This document shows, one piece after another, positions 10,419 through 21,938 of a stretch of DNA of 64,000 nt (within the stretch, counting starts at the first letter, position 1; every line of letters begins with the position of its first letter). Source of the stretch: Myxococcales bacterium (GTDB taxonomy: Bacteria; Myxococcota_A; Polyangia; Polyangiales; DASUME01); the NCBI GenBank assembly GCA_047601445.1, contig JASGJH010000001.1, positions 7,648,001 through 7,712,000 of the forward strand, read 5' to 3'. The translations under genes and the position numbers were made by a program. Below the pieces are notes generated by a model that did no database searches, was not told the origin of the DNA, and saw nothing but the letters and a program-made list of their open reading frames with translations.

Positions 10419-10439
10419 CTCGGCCAAGCTTAGTACGAG

Positions 10440-11291
10440 TCATGGACTCGGCAGCTCACCGCTCGGCGCGCTCAGACCAAAGAAGGCGCGCACGGCGAGA
10501 TAACTCTCGCTGCGGGCACCCCCGGCATCACGGGCGATCCAGGTGGAATGCTCGGGCCGGGAGGCGCTCACTTCGGACGTCACGGAGTCCGCTCGGCCCA
10601 GCGTGAACACCGAGAACAGGGCTGCCTTCTCGCTCGCCCGCGGGATCACGTCGCGCCGGCGCAGCACCGTGAGGCCGGCCGTCGCGGCCGTGGCGAGCAC
10701 GCGCTCCGGGAAGCGTGCGTCCGCGCAGACCACCATGCGTCCGCCCGGCTTGAGGCAACGACCCCCGGCGAGCAGGTAGTCTTCCACGCCGCCTCGAAAC
10801 TCCTGACGCGCATAGGCACGCTGCGCGTCGGTCGACGGTGTGGCCGTGCCCGGCGCGACATAGGGGGGCGTGCCCGTGATGAGGTCGAAGCCGCCGGCCG
10901 AGAGCTCGGGATGCGCCACCGCGCGCAGGTCGCCGAACACGGGGCGCACGCGCGAACCGAGCTCGTTGCGAGCGATGTTCCGGGTGAGGAGCTCGAAGGA
11001 GTTGCGCTGGGCCTCCACGGCCACGAACCGCGCGTCAGGCAGCTTGTAAGCGAGCATCAACAGCACAGAACCGATGCCGCTGCCGAGTTCCAGGCACTGG
11101 CGCGCATGGGGCGCTACCGATGCCGCTTCCCAGGCCGTGATCACGTCGTCGAGCGAGTAGCGATGGCCGTGCACGCGCTGGAAGATGCGAAAGCTTCCGG
11201 TGATGGCGTCGTCGCTCAGCGGGCCGAGCTCGGCCGGCTCCTCCGGCGCATCCGGGTGCAAACTCGGCGTGCTCTTGGGCGAAAGGGTCAC
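10440..11291 (-). CDS. tRNA1(Val) A37 N6-methyltransferase-like SAM methyltransferase
   Basis: FQRVHGHRYSLD, LELGSGIG, FDLITGTPPY, ARQE motifs typical of the TrmN6/YfiC family. Confidence 0.75.
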   Translation of the reverse strand: MTLSPKSTPSLHPDAPEEPAELGPLSDDAITGSFRIFQRVHGHRYSLDDVITAWEAASVAPHARQCLELGSGIGSVLLMLAYKLPDARFVAVEAQRNSFELLTRNIARNELGSRVRPVFGDLRAVAHPELSAGGFDLITGTPPYVAPGTATPSTDAQRAYARQEFRGGVEDYLLAGGRCLKPGGRMVVCADARFPERVLATAATAGLTVLRRRDVIPRASEKAALFSVFTLGRADSVTSEVSASRPEHSTWIARDAGGARSESYLAVRAFFGLSAPSGELPSP

Positions 11292-11355
11292 CGCCCGAAG
11301 GTAGCGCGTGAGAGAACGAGTGCACCGAACCACGCGGCCCGGTGCACTCTCAGTC

Positions 11356-11571
11356 TCAGAAGAACCCGAAGCCGATGCCGCCCGAGACCTTCTTCTTGCC
11401 CACCTGCAGGCTGCCGCTCACCTCGGCCGCGCCGTCGCCAGCGGAAGCCGAAACGCTGCCGCCCACCACGGGCTTGTCGTTGAACGTGAGGCCACCACCG
11501 AAGGAGAAGCCGAGTCCGCCGTTGGCGTCGTCGAGCAGGGTGTCGTCGATGGTTGCAAGGATGTCGGTCAT
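11356..11571 (-). CDS. Small peptide with putative double-glycine leader
   Basis: AGGAG RBS in an AT-rich leader. Sequence MTDILATIDDTLLDDANGG|LGFSFGGGLTF...GGIGFGFF; GC-ending codon usage. Confidence 0.75.
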   Translation of the reverse strand: MTDILATIDDTLLDDANGGLGFSFGGGLTFNDKPVVGGSVSASAGDGAAEVSGSLQVGKKKVSGGIGFGFF

Positions 11572-11816
11572 AAGTATCTCCTAGTTTAGTCGTGACTGGT
11601 TGGTTGGGTTGTCATCCGCTCACGGCACGTGAATGCCGTGCGCAGACCTCGCGAGTGCGAGTGCGCGTGCCTGGCTCGATGGCTGCGGGAGGCGAGCGGC
11701 CAAAAGGCACGGCGCTCGTCGGTCTCACAGCATAAGTGGACGGCACTCGTCTCGATTTATGAGGACACGATGCAGCTTCGCGTTGACGGTTCTGACCCCG
11801 CGCGTGGACCTGCGGG

Positions 11817-13388
11817 CTACAGCGTCTTCAGATACTCGACCACATCGCCGCGCGTCGACGCCGGCAAGTCCGAGAGGAACGGGTGACCGGACACGGAGCG
11901 ACCCGTTTGCTGCGCTGCGTCGATCACGACCTCGTGCGCGCCAAGTGAGCCGTGCTCTTGACGCACCGGGACGCCGACGCGCGTCAAATCCAGCGCGCCA
12001 CTCAGGTCCATCACGTAGCGTGTGGCCCGCTCCGACGGCGCTTGCGCGAGCACGTCCAAGCTCGACCACTGACCCGCGTGACCGTACGGCGCGCGAGCCC
12101 AGACGTCGGTTAGCACGGGCGGCACGTAGCCGAGCGTGCGACGGACTCGGACCAACCCATGCGTCAGCTTCGGGTCGCTACCGGCCCGCGCGTAGTCTTC
12201 TGTCACCGCCTCGGCTCGCGCACTGTCCGAGCCGACCACCCGTACGGGGATGACCTTCTCCTCGTAGCGGGTCGCACGACCGTCTGCGGCGTACTCGCCA
12301 TGGCAGGGACTGCACGCCGCCTGGAATGCCTGCTTGCCGCGCTCTGCGCGCGCGCCGTCGATCGTCCCCGGAAAAGGCAGCTCTCGGCTCAGTTGATTCA
12401 AATAGGCAGACAAGCTCGCCCCCTGCAGAGGATGAGCCCAGAACCACTCGAGGCGCGCGCCGGCCGCAAAGTCGGCCTCCACCACGAGCGCGTCCTTCGG
12501 GCCCGCCCCGGCTGCGTCGAAACTCAAGGTAGAGCGTTGGGCATAGCCGATCACATCGGGCACTTTGGCCCAACCCACGCGCGCTCCAGTCGGCACCGCA
12601 CGTCCCAACGTTTGCTCCATCGCCAGCGCGAAGGACTCGATGACTGCCACCAGGCCTGGCGGATTCTGCTCCACGCGCTCGAGGAACGCCCTACGCGTGC
12701 GCGCGCGCTCGCGTAGGGCCCCGATGGATGCCTCCACGAACACCGGCGCCCATTGTCCCTCCCAGATCAAGCCCTCGCGCTCCGCGGCGGCTTCGGCCAG
12801 CGGCGCGAGTGCTCGTGCGCTCAGGTCCGTGCGCTCGCCGAGGCGTGACCAGGCCGCATCGTAGGCGTGCAGGCGCACGCGCTTGTTGCCGAGGCCCACC
12901 ACCAGGCGCTCTTCGCCGTTCATGTGCAAGCGCTCCGCGTGACACAGCGTGCAGTTGGTCACCAGGAAGGGCACGCTGGTGAAGGGATCGGTGGTGAGGT
13001 GCATGCCCACGGGCAAGCCAGCGCGCAGATCCGGGTCCTCGCTGTTCGCGTCACGTTCGCGCGCGAGAAAGCCGAAGCGACGCACGAACGTGGGCAGATC
13101 CGGACCGAGATCTTCCGGGTAGGCCTCGAGCAGCGCGAGGAAGATGGGGTAGGGCACGCCAGTACGATAGGGATCGCCGATACCGGTGCGCGTGAAGATG
13201 CCTTCGCCCGCCTGGCTCGACGCGGCTTCGATGGCGTATTCGTAGGGTTCCGACATCAGCGCTGTCGGCGCGCCGCTTTGCGCAGCGGGCAAGGTGGAGC
13301 TCGGCTCTTCGCTCGCCTTGGGGGTTGCGCAGGCCAACAGGCAGGAGCCAAGCATCGCGTGAACGAGCCGGCTCGAGAACGCCCTCAT
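11817..13388 (-). CDS. Di-heme cytochrome c lipoprotein (RoxA/MauG-like superfamily)
   Basis: Two CXXCH motifs (CTLCH, CSPCH), YVPPVLTDVWARAPYGHAG, C-terminal GH...VVEYLKTL; lipobox LLAC. Confidence 0.8.
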   Translation of the reverse strand: MRAFSSRLVHAMLGSCLLACATPKASEEPSSTLPAAQSGAPTALMSEPYEYAIEAASSQAGEGIFTRTGIGDPYRTGVPYPIFLALLEAYPEDLGPDLPTFVRRFGFLARERDANSEDPDLRAGLPVGMHLTTDPFTSVPFLVTNCTLCHAERLHMNGEERLVVGLGNKRVRLHAYDAAWSRLGERTDLSARALAPLAEAAAEREGLIWEGQWAPVFVEASIGALRERARTRRAFLERVEQNPPGLVAVIESFALAMEQTLGRAVPTGARVGWAKVPDVIGYAQRSTLSFDAAGAGPKDALVVEADFAAGARLEWFWAHPLQGASLSAYLNQLSRELPFPGTIDGARAERGKQAFQAACSPCHGEYAADGRATRYEEKVIPVRVVGSDSARAEAVTEDYARAGSDPKLTHGLVRVRRTLGYVPPVLTDVWARAPYGHAGQWSSLDVLAQAPSERATRYVMDLSGALDLTRVGVPVRQEHGSLGAHEVVIDAAQQTGRSVSGHPFLSDLPASTRGDVVEYLKTL

Positions 13389-14739
13389 CGCAGGCCGAGG
13401 CCCTTCATCTTCTTGTACAAGTGGCTGCGCTCCAGGCCCAGCGCGTCCGCGGTGGCCGTGACGTTTCCCTGATGATGATCGAGGGCGCGCCGGATGATGG
13501 CTCGCTCGGCGTCGTCCATCATGTCGCGCAGGCTACGCTCGGGGCTATAGGGCATGCCGCCGCCCTGGCCTTCGCCCGCGATGGGCAGGAGCGCGCGCGC
13601 TTCGCGCTCCGTGATCTCCGCGTTGGGCGTGAGGATCACCAGGCGCTCCACCAAGTTCGCGAGCTCACGCACGTTGCCCGGGTAGTCGTAGGCCATCAGC
13701 CGCGACATGGCGCCGTCGCTGAGCTGCTTGTGCGGGCGGTCGTTGCGGCGCGCGCTCACGTCGACGAAGCGCCGGGCCAACGCGGGAATGTCTTCCTTGC
13801 GCTCACGCAGCGACGGCACGCGCAGCGGCAAGACATTCAAGCGATCGAAGAGGTCCTCGCGCATCTCGCCTGCGCGCATGGCCTGGACCAGGTCCTTGTT
13901 GGTGGCGGCCACCACCCGCACGTCCACCTTGAGCAGCTCGGAGCCGCCCACGCGTTCGATTTCGCCCTCCTGCAGCACGCGCAGCAGCTTGGCCTGCATC
14001 GGGCTCGGCGTGTCGCCCACTTCGTCGAGGAACAGCGTGCCCTGGTGAGCGCGCTCGAACTTGCCCTTGCGCTGGCGACTGGCTCCCGTGAAAGCCCCGG
14101 CTTCGTGCCCGAAGAGCTCGCTCTCGACCAGCTCCTTGGGCACGGCCGCGCAGTTGAGCTTCTCGAGCGGACCTGCCTTGCGCGGCGAGCTCAGGTGGAT
14201 GGCCCGCGCGACCAGCTCCTTGCCAGTGCCGCGCTCGCCCGTGATCAACACCGGCGCGCTGGCGTTGGCGGCCAGCACGATCTGGCTGCGCAGCTGGGCC
14301 ATCACCTCGCTGTCACCCAGCAGGGCATCGGTGGCGCCGGCGCGCTCCTTGAGCTCGCGGTTCTCTTGCTCGAGTCGCCCCCGCGCGAGGGCCGCTTGCA
14401 GTGACACCAAAAGACGCTCGGACCCAATCGGCTTCTCCAGGAAGTCGTGGGCGCCCATGCGCGTGGCGTTCACCGCGGTATCGATGGTCCCGTGTCCGCT
14501 CATCACCAGCACGGGTACTTCTTCGCGCTCGGCCTTGATGCGCCGCAACACCTCGAGTCCATCGAGATCCGGCAGCTGCACGTCCAGCAAGACGGCGTCG
14601 TAGCTCTTGAGCTTGTGCTTCTCGAGCGCCAGGTTGCCGCTGCCGGCCACGTCGACCTCGAAGCCCTCCAGCTTGAGCGCGCGACTCAAGGTCACCAGGA
14701 TGTTCTTCTCGTCGTCGACGATGAGTACGCTGTGCGGCA

Positions 14740-14740
<1 letters not shown>
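13385..14740 (-). CDS. Sigma-54-dependent response regulator (NtrX/NtrC family)
   Basis: Receiver (VDDE, LLDV, MSGHG), Walker [16 protein letters not shown]-terminal [14 protein letters not shown]. Confidence 0.93.
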
Positions 14741-16195
<1,455 letters not shown>

Positions 16196-16198
16196 CGA

Positions 16199-17746
16199 TC
16201 ACTTGGGAAGGCAGAGCTTGGATGGCTTCGCGTCGGGCTCGAGCTCGGTGCACATGAACATGTGCACTGCGTCCATGCCAGGCGCGCCCACCACGGGCTC
16301 GTCGCGGTCGGACGTGTGCACGAAGCCCACGGCGGTGCCCGCCTTGGCCTTGGCCTGGAAGTTGGAGGCGTAGAGGTTGGTCATGTTCTCGAAGTCGAGT
16401 CCAGCAGCGCTACCGGGAATCAGCCACGCCACGCCCGCTTCCTTCTCGCCCTGCAGGTTGGCCTGGGGCGCGCCCACCAGCAGATCGCCGAAGCTGTCGC
16501 CGTCGACATCACCAATGGCGAGGGAAGCGCCAAAGCCGGTGTTCTCACAGTCCACGCCGCGGATGCCGTCGATGCAGCCCACTTGAACGGGCTTCTCGCC
16601 CCACAGCGGGCACACCTTGCTGGCTTCGTCGAACTGAGGCAGGCCCGTGCCCGGGTACATCCACACGCGCTGCAGGTCGCCGTTGGCGCCGTCGAGCGGG
16701 TCGATGCCCACGAAGAGCTCCGGGTTGCCGTCGTGGTTGATGTCACCCATCGCGAGCTTCTTACCCACGCCCTTGAGCGCCGGATCCTCGCTCGTGATGC
16801 AGGCGCGCGTGCGGATGCGCGCGTTGAGCTGCTCGCTCGGATCGACCACGGTCGCCGGCACCATGATCTTGTCGTCGTAGGTACCCACGATCACCCGGTT
16901 CTTGCTCGGCTGAGAGACCGCGAACACCAGCTCGCCGGCCACGTTGGTCTGGGCCACCACCGCGTAGCCGAGGTCGGCTGCGTCGGGGGCCGCGCTGAAG
17001 GGGGCCCTGGGTTCGAAGCTCGGATCGAGCAGCAGCACCTCGCGCAGCGGCGGGGCCATCTTCACCAGGTCGGGCTGATAGTAGAGCTTGCCGAGGGCGG
17101 CTTCGCCGGTGCGGTTGGACGTCGTGTACACGCCGAGCAGGGCGATGCCGAGCGGATGGGCGGGCGGCAGGGAGGCGCCGTTGAAGTGGAAGGTGGTGGC
17201 CTTGAGATCCTCGGGCAGACCGAGCTTGAAGGTGGGGCTGCTGCCGGGGTTGGTCTCGCAGAAGATGTAGGCGTTGGGAAAGCCGGGCGCGTAGATGCAG
17301 CCGGTGTGCTCCTGCATGGTGCCGCGGGCCCAGGTCTCGAAGGGAACGAAGGCAGCGGCCACACCCTGGGCCTTGGCGCAGTCCTTCTCCTTCTTGCAGC
17401 GGACGTTGTTGCTCTTACCGAAGTCCGCGTCGGTCCAAATGTTCTCGATGACGATGGGCGAGTCCGGTCCGGCGCTGGTGATCAGGCGCGACACCGTGTG
17501 GGAGCCGGCCTTGCCTTGATAGGTCTCGATGACCGAGCCGTAGCCCGAGCGCCGGTAGCTATCCGGGGCCTCGTAGGTGCGTACCGTGGCCTGCTCTTCG
17601 AAGTCGTCGAACTTGCTCCAGGCGCAGGCGCTGGCGCTCGCCACGAAGGGCAAGAGCGCGAGGTAGGCCGCAGGCCGGAGGCCAGTCTTGGCCGCAGGCC
17701 GGAGGTTAGCGCTGGTGAGGACGTTGGGTCGAATCCTGGTCTGCAT
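16199..17746 (-). CDS. FG-GAP/integrin-alpha repeat protein, probable lipoprotein
   Basis: GDINHDGNPELFVG, FGASLAIGDVDGDSFGDLLVGAP, PVVGAPG; possible lipobox SASAC. Confidence 0.8.
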   Translation of the reverse strand: MQTRIRPNVLTSANLRPAAKTGLRPAAYLALLPFVASASACAWSKFDDFEEQATVRTYEAPDSYRRSGYGSVIETYQGKAGSHTVSRLITSAGPDSPIVIENIWTDADFGKSNNVRCKKEKDCAKAQGVAAAFVPFETWARGTMQEHTGCIYAPGFPNAYIFCETNPGSSPTFKLGLPEDLKATTFHFNGASLPPAHPLGIALLGVYTTSNRTGEAALGKLYYQPDLVKMAPPLREVLLLDPSFEPRAPFSAAPDAADLGYAVVAQTNVAGELVFAVSQPSKNRVIVGTYDDKIMVPATVVDPSEQLNARIRTRACITSEDPALKGVGKKLAMGDINHDGNPELFVGIDPLDGANGDLQRVWMYPGTGLPQFDEASKVCPLWGEKPVQVGCIDGIRGVDCENTGFGASLAIGDVDGDSFGDLLVGAPQANLQGEKEAGVAWLIPGSAAGLDFENMTNLYASNFQAKAKAGTAVGFVHTSDRDEPVVGAPGMDAVHMFMCTELEPDAKPSKLCLPK

Positions 17747-17758
17747 GTCGTCCTCTAC

Positions 17759-19330
17759 TCAGAATCTCACGTGAAGGTTGCCGCCCGCGCGGTCGGGCGC
17801 GAGCACGGGCGCGAAGGTCCAGTCGCGCGGCTCGAGTTTGCGGCCCTCCGAGTCCGGCAGCGGATCGCGCAGGAAGTAGTAGGTGGCCAGGCCCGCGAAA
17901 GCAGCGGCGACGCCGTAGCCAATGTCGGACGAGATGTACAAGATCTTCCCGCGCGTGATGCGGTCGTCGGTGTTGGAGAGCACGTTGGCCTTGCGGTCGG
18001 CCTCGAGCTGTTCTTCGAGCTTGTGCCCCATGACGCCGGTGGCGATGGCCCCACCCAGCACGCCCGCAGCCACGCCCGCGGTGACCCAGGCCCCCGCGCG
18101 TCCCACGCGCGGCCGCAGCCGCACGCGCACCGGCGTGACCTGACCGCGCTCCACGTGGACGGTCTCCTTCCAGTCCTTCATGTCCGGAGCGCTCACCTTG
18201 ATCTCGTGATCGCCGGGCCCCAAGTCGCGCTCGAGCGGCACGCCGCCTGCCAGCTGGCCGTCGATGGTGACCTGGGCGTCGGGCTGGTTGGCTACCACCC
18301 GCACCCGCCCGTAGTCCACGCGCTCGATGTCGAGCTTGAGCAGCACGTCGTCGCCGACGCCGATCTCGATGCTCCGCTCCAGCGGCTTGTAGCCGGGCTT
18401 CTCGATCCACACCTTGTGGACGCCGGTGGCCGTGGCGTTCTGGAAGGGCGTCTTGCCGAGCGAGCCCTCTTCCTTCTTGTCGACGTACACGTTGGCCCCG
18501 GGCACGTTGGTGACCACCCGCAAGAAGCCGAGGAACTGACCCTGGCTCATCTCGGTGATGATCATGTAGACCTTGCCGGCCGCGATCGTGATGGGGGTGG
18601 CGATGGTCTTGTACTTGGGGTGCTCGACCTCCACGAAGTACTTGCCTTCATCCAGGGTCTCGGCGAAGGGCGAGCCGGTCTTGCGGCCCACCAGCTGACC
18701 CGAGGCGTCCTTCAAGGTGATGGTGGCGTCCTCGGGCGTGGTCTGCACCGACAACAGAGACTTGAAGTTCTGGCCGGCGCGGGCCTCGGCCAGCTGCGCC
18801 TCCAGCACCATCAGGCGGTTCTTGGCCTCGTCGAGTTCGCGCTTGGCCTGCTCGGAGGCCTGGCTGTCCGTGGCTTGCTGAGCCGCCTGGTTCGCGGCCG
18901 TCTCCTCTTCCTTGGCGCGCGACAGGCCGCGCAGGCGCTCGATGCGCTGCTCGACCTTTTTGCCGTCGTCGGCCTGGGGATCGGCGGCCAGGTAGCGGGA
19001 GAAGTAGTCGGCCGCTCGGCCTGGGTCGCCGACCTTCTCGTAGGAGACGCCAGCGTTAAAGAGGAAGGCGGCAAAGGGCTGGGCCTCGTAGGCGCGCAGG
19101 AACTCCTCGGCCGACTCGATGAAGCGCCCGGCTCCGTAGAGCCCCTGACCACGCTCCATGTGCTCGCGGGCGACCTCGAGGGGGTTGCCGATGGTCGCCG
19201 GGGTAGGGGCGGCTTCGGTCACGGACCCAGTCTGTTCGGCCTTCTGGGCCTGAGCCTCAAACGGCCCCGTCAGCGCCAGGAGCAGACACAGCCCCCAGCC
19301 CCAATTCCACGCCCCACCCAGTCTCCGCAT
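17759..19330 (-). CDS. TPR + PEGA domain secreted protein
   Basis: Signal peptide, TPR helices (A.EHMERG..LY.AGRF..SAEEF), three PEGA-like repeats (VVTNVPGANVYVD, GKTP), hydrophobic C-terminus ending in F. Confidence 0.85.
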   Translation of the reverse strand: MRRLGGAWNWGWGLCLLLALTGPFEAQAQKAEQTGSVTEAAPTPATIGNPLEVAREHMERGQGLYGAGRFIESAEEFLRAYEAQPFAAFLFNAGVSYEKVGDPGRAADYFSRYLAADPQADDGKKVEQRIERLRGLSRAKEEETAANQAAQQATDSQASEQAKRELDEAKNRLMVLEAQLAEARAGQNFKSLLSVQTTPEDATITLKDASGQLVGRKTGSPFAETLDEGKYFVEVEHPKYKTIATPITIAAGKVYMIITEMSQGQFLGFLRVVTNVPGANVYVDKKEEGSLGKTPFQNATATGVHKVWIEKPGYKPLERSIEIGVGDDVLLKLDIERVDYGRVRVVANQPDAQVTIDGQLAGGVPLERDLGPGDHEIKVSAPDMKDWKETVHVERGQVTPVRVRLRPRVGRAGAWVTAGVAAGVLGGAIATGVMGHKLEEQLEADRKANVLSNTDDRITRGKILYISSDIGYGVAAAFAGLATYYFLRDPLPDSEGRKLEPRDWTFAPVLAPDRAGGNLHVRF

Positions 19331-19451
19331 GCATTTCTCCCGTCCCGGTTGTCGTCTCAATGCTCAATGGCGTCAAGCCGGCTCCGTCCCCAGTCAGCAG
19401 CTTGTCACCCGATTCGCCGGGCTCGGGCCGCCGTGCATGGCGGCCCTTTCG

Positions 19452-19480
19452 TTGACACCCCAGGTGAGCCGTGGTTGAAA
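19452..19480 (+). promoter_or_regulatory. Candidate sigma-70 promoter upstream of tolQ
   Basis: Perfect TTGACA at 19452-19457; the -10 element is weak. Confidence 0.3.
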
Positions 19481-19619
19481 CGGACCCAGTCGTCGAAACG
19501 CGGTCGTGCTGGGTGGGGCCGCCCCCCAGGAAATCAGGGGCCGCGCGAGAGCAGAAGGAAAGCTGAGTGCGGGTAGAGCGACGTCCGATCGCAGTCGAGA
19601 AATCCCGCGCGGAGTAGGC

Positions 19620-20372
19620 ATGGACACGGCTCTTTTCGTCAATCTCGTGACCCTCAACACAACGAACCCCGGTTCGGGTCGGCTCAACCCACTTGAGCTG
19701 GTCATGCAGGCATCCCCCACCGTCAAGCTCGTGATGGTGGTGCTGGCCCTGATGTCGGTGGTCTGCTGGTTCATCATCGGTTCGAAGCTGTTTCGGCTGG
19801 AGCGGGCCACCCGGCAGAGCAACCGGTTTCTCGATCTTTTCTGGGAATCTTCGCGGGGCCAGAGCTGGACGGCCGAGCGGCTCGAGTCCATCTACTCGCA
19901 GCTTTCCGGCGTGAATACGTCGCCGCTGGCCAAGGTCTTCCACGCTGGGTACGTGGAATTGGCGCGCGTGCTGGCCAGCGCAGGCGGCCGCGGCGCAGGG
20001 GCGGACGAGCTCGACAACGTCGAGCGCGCGCTGCGCCGGGCGGCCATGAACGAGGTGACGGGTCTCGAGACCATGATCCCCTTCCTCGCCACCACCGGCT
20101 CCACGGCGCCGTTCGTGGGCCTGTTCGGCACAGTGTGGGGCATCATGAACTCCTTCATGGAGATCGGCGGCCAGAAGAGCGCCAGCCTGGACGTGGTGGC
20201 GCCCGGTATCGCGGAAGCGCTGATTGCGACCGCCATCGGCCTGGTGGCTGCCATCCCGGCGGTGATGGCCTACAACTATTTCCTGCGGCGAATCCACGTG
20301 CTGCAGACCGAGATGGACGCTTTCCAGAGCGACTACCTCAACATCGTGCGCCGGCACTTCCTGGTGAACTGA
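19620..20372 (+). CDS. tolQ: TolQ (MotA/TolQ/ExbB family)
   Basis: TTGSTAPFVGLFGTVWGIMNSF...VAPGIAEALIATAIGL...AIPAVMAYN. Confidence 0.9.
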   Translation: MDTALFVNLVTLNTTNPGSGRLNPLELVMQASPTVKLVMVVLALMSVVCWFIIGSKLFRLERATRQSNRFLDLFWESSRGQSWTAERLESIYSQLSGVNTSPLAKVFHAGYVELARVLASAGGRGAGADELDNVERALRRAAMNEVTGLETMIPFLATTGSTAPFVGLFGTVWGIMNSFMEIGGQKSASLDVVAPGIAEALIATAIGLVAAIPAVMAYNYFLRRIHVLQTEMDAFQSDYLNIVRRHFLVN

Positions 20373-20447
20373 ACGTTGAAGCGTGCGGTTCCGCTTCGCA
20401 TCAGGGGCGCCGAGGCGCCGAGGCGAACTTGAAACAAGGGGCGAGGA

Positions 20448-20864
20448 GTGGCGTTTAGCAGCGGAGGCGGGGGCAAGGCCCCAGTAGGCGAGATCAACGT
20501 GACGCCGCTGGTCGACGTCATGTTGGTGCTGCTGATCATCTTCATGGTGAGTGCACCCATGATGAACACCGGTGTCGAAGTCGATTTGCCGGCCGCGCAG
20601 GCCCCCCAGGTCGAGATCAACGAGGAGAAGCTGCTCCTCACCGTGGGCAAGGACCAGAAGGTGTACCTCGGCCGCGACGAGGTCCCCTATGACAAGCTCG
20701 AGGCTACGCTGTTGGCCAACGACCGCATGCAGCGGGAAAAAGAACTCTACGTGCAGGCGGATGAGACCGTTCCCTATGGCTTCGTCGTCAAAGTGATCGC
20801 GATCGTCAAGAAGGCTGGTATCAGCAAGCTTGGCCTCGTGACCGATCCCCTGGCGTCTGAGTAG
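20448..20864 (+). CDS. tolR: TolR (ExbD/TolR family)
   Basis: EINVTPLVDVMLVLLIIFMV, ADETVPYG. Confidence 0.9.
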   Translation: MAFSSGGGGKAPVGEINVTPLVDVMLVLLIIFMVSAPMMNTGVEVDLPAAQAPQVEINEEKLLLTVGKDQKVYLGRDEVPYDKLEATLLANDRMQREKELYVQADETVPYGFVVKVIAIVKKAGISKLGLVTDPLASE

Positions 20865-20877
20865 GAGAAGCCCCGAG

Positions 20878-21678
20878 ATGAGCTCCGCGCAAGTGGATGA
20901 GCGCCCGCCCTCGCTGCTCGACAAGCGGCCCATCGAGCCAGGCACCATCGTGCTCGGACTGCTCGCGGTCATCGCCGCCCACATCGGATTCCCATTGCTC
21001 GTGGTGTTCTCGCAGTGGCTGCTCGTTCAGTTGGGCCTGGCCATCGCGCCCGACGATCGCGTGCGTCCCACCGTGCCCGATAACGTGATCGCGGCCGAGT
21101 TCGTGCGCCTGGGCAAGCCCTTCGATCCCACCAAGCTGCCGTCGCGCAAGGTGCCTCCGGTCGCCAAGCGGCGTCCGGACGGTGTGGTGGTCTCCAAGGA
21201 TCCGCGCGAGCAGCAAGAGAAGCCCGAGGAGAAGAAGGAAAAGACCGAGGCCGAGACGTCCATGCTCGACAACCTGGTGGACCGCACCAAGGAGTTCGCC
21301 GAGGACGTCGAGTACGAGCAAGAGGGCGATCCCAACGGTCTGCGCGAGGGCACCGCCACCAGCGCCAAGGAAGGCGACATTTACCGCGGGCAGCTGGCCC
21401 TGTTCTTCCAACGCGGCTGGACCGTGCCCAACACCCTGCAGAACCCCGACAAGCTCAAGTGCTTGCTATCGGTGCGGGTGGCGGACGACGGCCAGCTCGA
21501 GGCGGTGGACCTCAAGCAGTCCAGTGGCGATCCGGTCTTCGATCAGTCGGCTATCGACGCCGTGGAGGCGTTGATCCGAGCGCGCGCCGTGTTGCCCGAG
21601 CCGCCGGCCGATCAGCGCGGAGCCTTCTACGGGACGACGCTCGCCATCAACTACGACGGCAAGAATCTGCGCCGATAA
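20878..21678 (+). CDS. TolA/TonB C-terminal domain protein
   Basis: N-terminal TM helix with His, charged linker, SSGDPVFDQSAIDAV TonB_C-like end; lies between tolR and tolB. Confidence 0.8.
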   Translation: MSSAQVDERPPSLLDKRPIEPGTIVLGLLAVIAAHIGFPLLVVFSQWLLVQLGLAIAPDDRVRPTVPDNVIAAEFVRLGKPFDPTKLPSRKVPPVAKRRPDGVVVSKDPREQQEKPEEKKEKTEAETSMLDNLVDRTKEFAEDVEYEQEGDPNGLREGTATSAKEGDIYRGQLALFFQRGWTVPNTLQNPDKLKCLLSVRVADDGQLEAVDLKQSSGDPVFDQSAIDAVEALIRARAVLPEPPADQRGAFYGTTLAINYDGKNLRR

Positions 21679-21938
21679 ACCCTGGCCGCAGCTGTGTTGT
21701 GGCCCACGCTAAAAGCACGCGCGCCCTAGAGCACCGAACAGTTTGCATCCTATGAAAACCTGCGCCTTTCGCCACCATCACGGTCTACGTCCTCGGTCCG
21801 ACCCTCGGGTCGAACCCGCGGACGCAACCGCGCTGGCGTCGAGATGCTTGGTTTTCATGACGGATCCAACCTATTCGGTGCTCTAGCCGCGCATCGACCC
21901 CTGGAATAGCGGCCCCCGTGCCCGATGTCGGAGAGAAG

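Noticed and set aside
10440..11291. Methyltransferase as tailoring enzyme for the adjacent peptide
   Set aside because: Motifs fit the housekeeping TrmN6/YfiC tRNA methyltransferase family; adjacency alone is insufficient.
11621..11640. Possible sigma-54 promoter for the leader-peptide gene
   Set aside because: GG and GC are 9 nt apart on both strands rather than the required 10; kept only as an inverted repeat.
20373..20447. Another coupling mini-ORF element between tolQ and tolR
   Set aside because: The short TTG ORF does not overlap the flanking stop and start codons, and there is no similarity to repeat family A.
19620..21678. AglRQS/Glt gliding motor
   Set aside because: Single tolR, canonical TolQ sequence and a following tolB indicate the Tol system.
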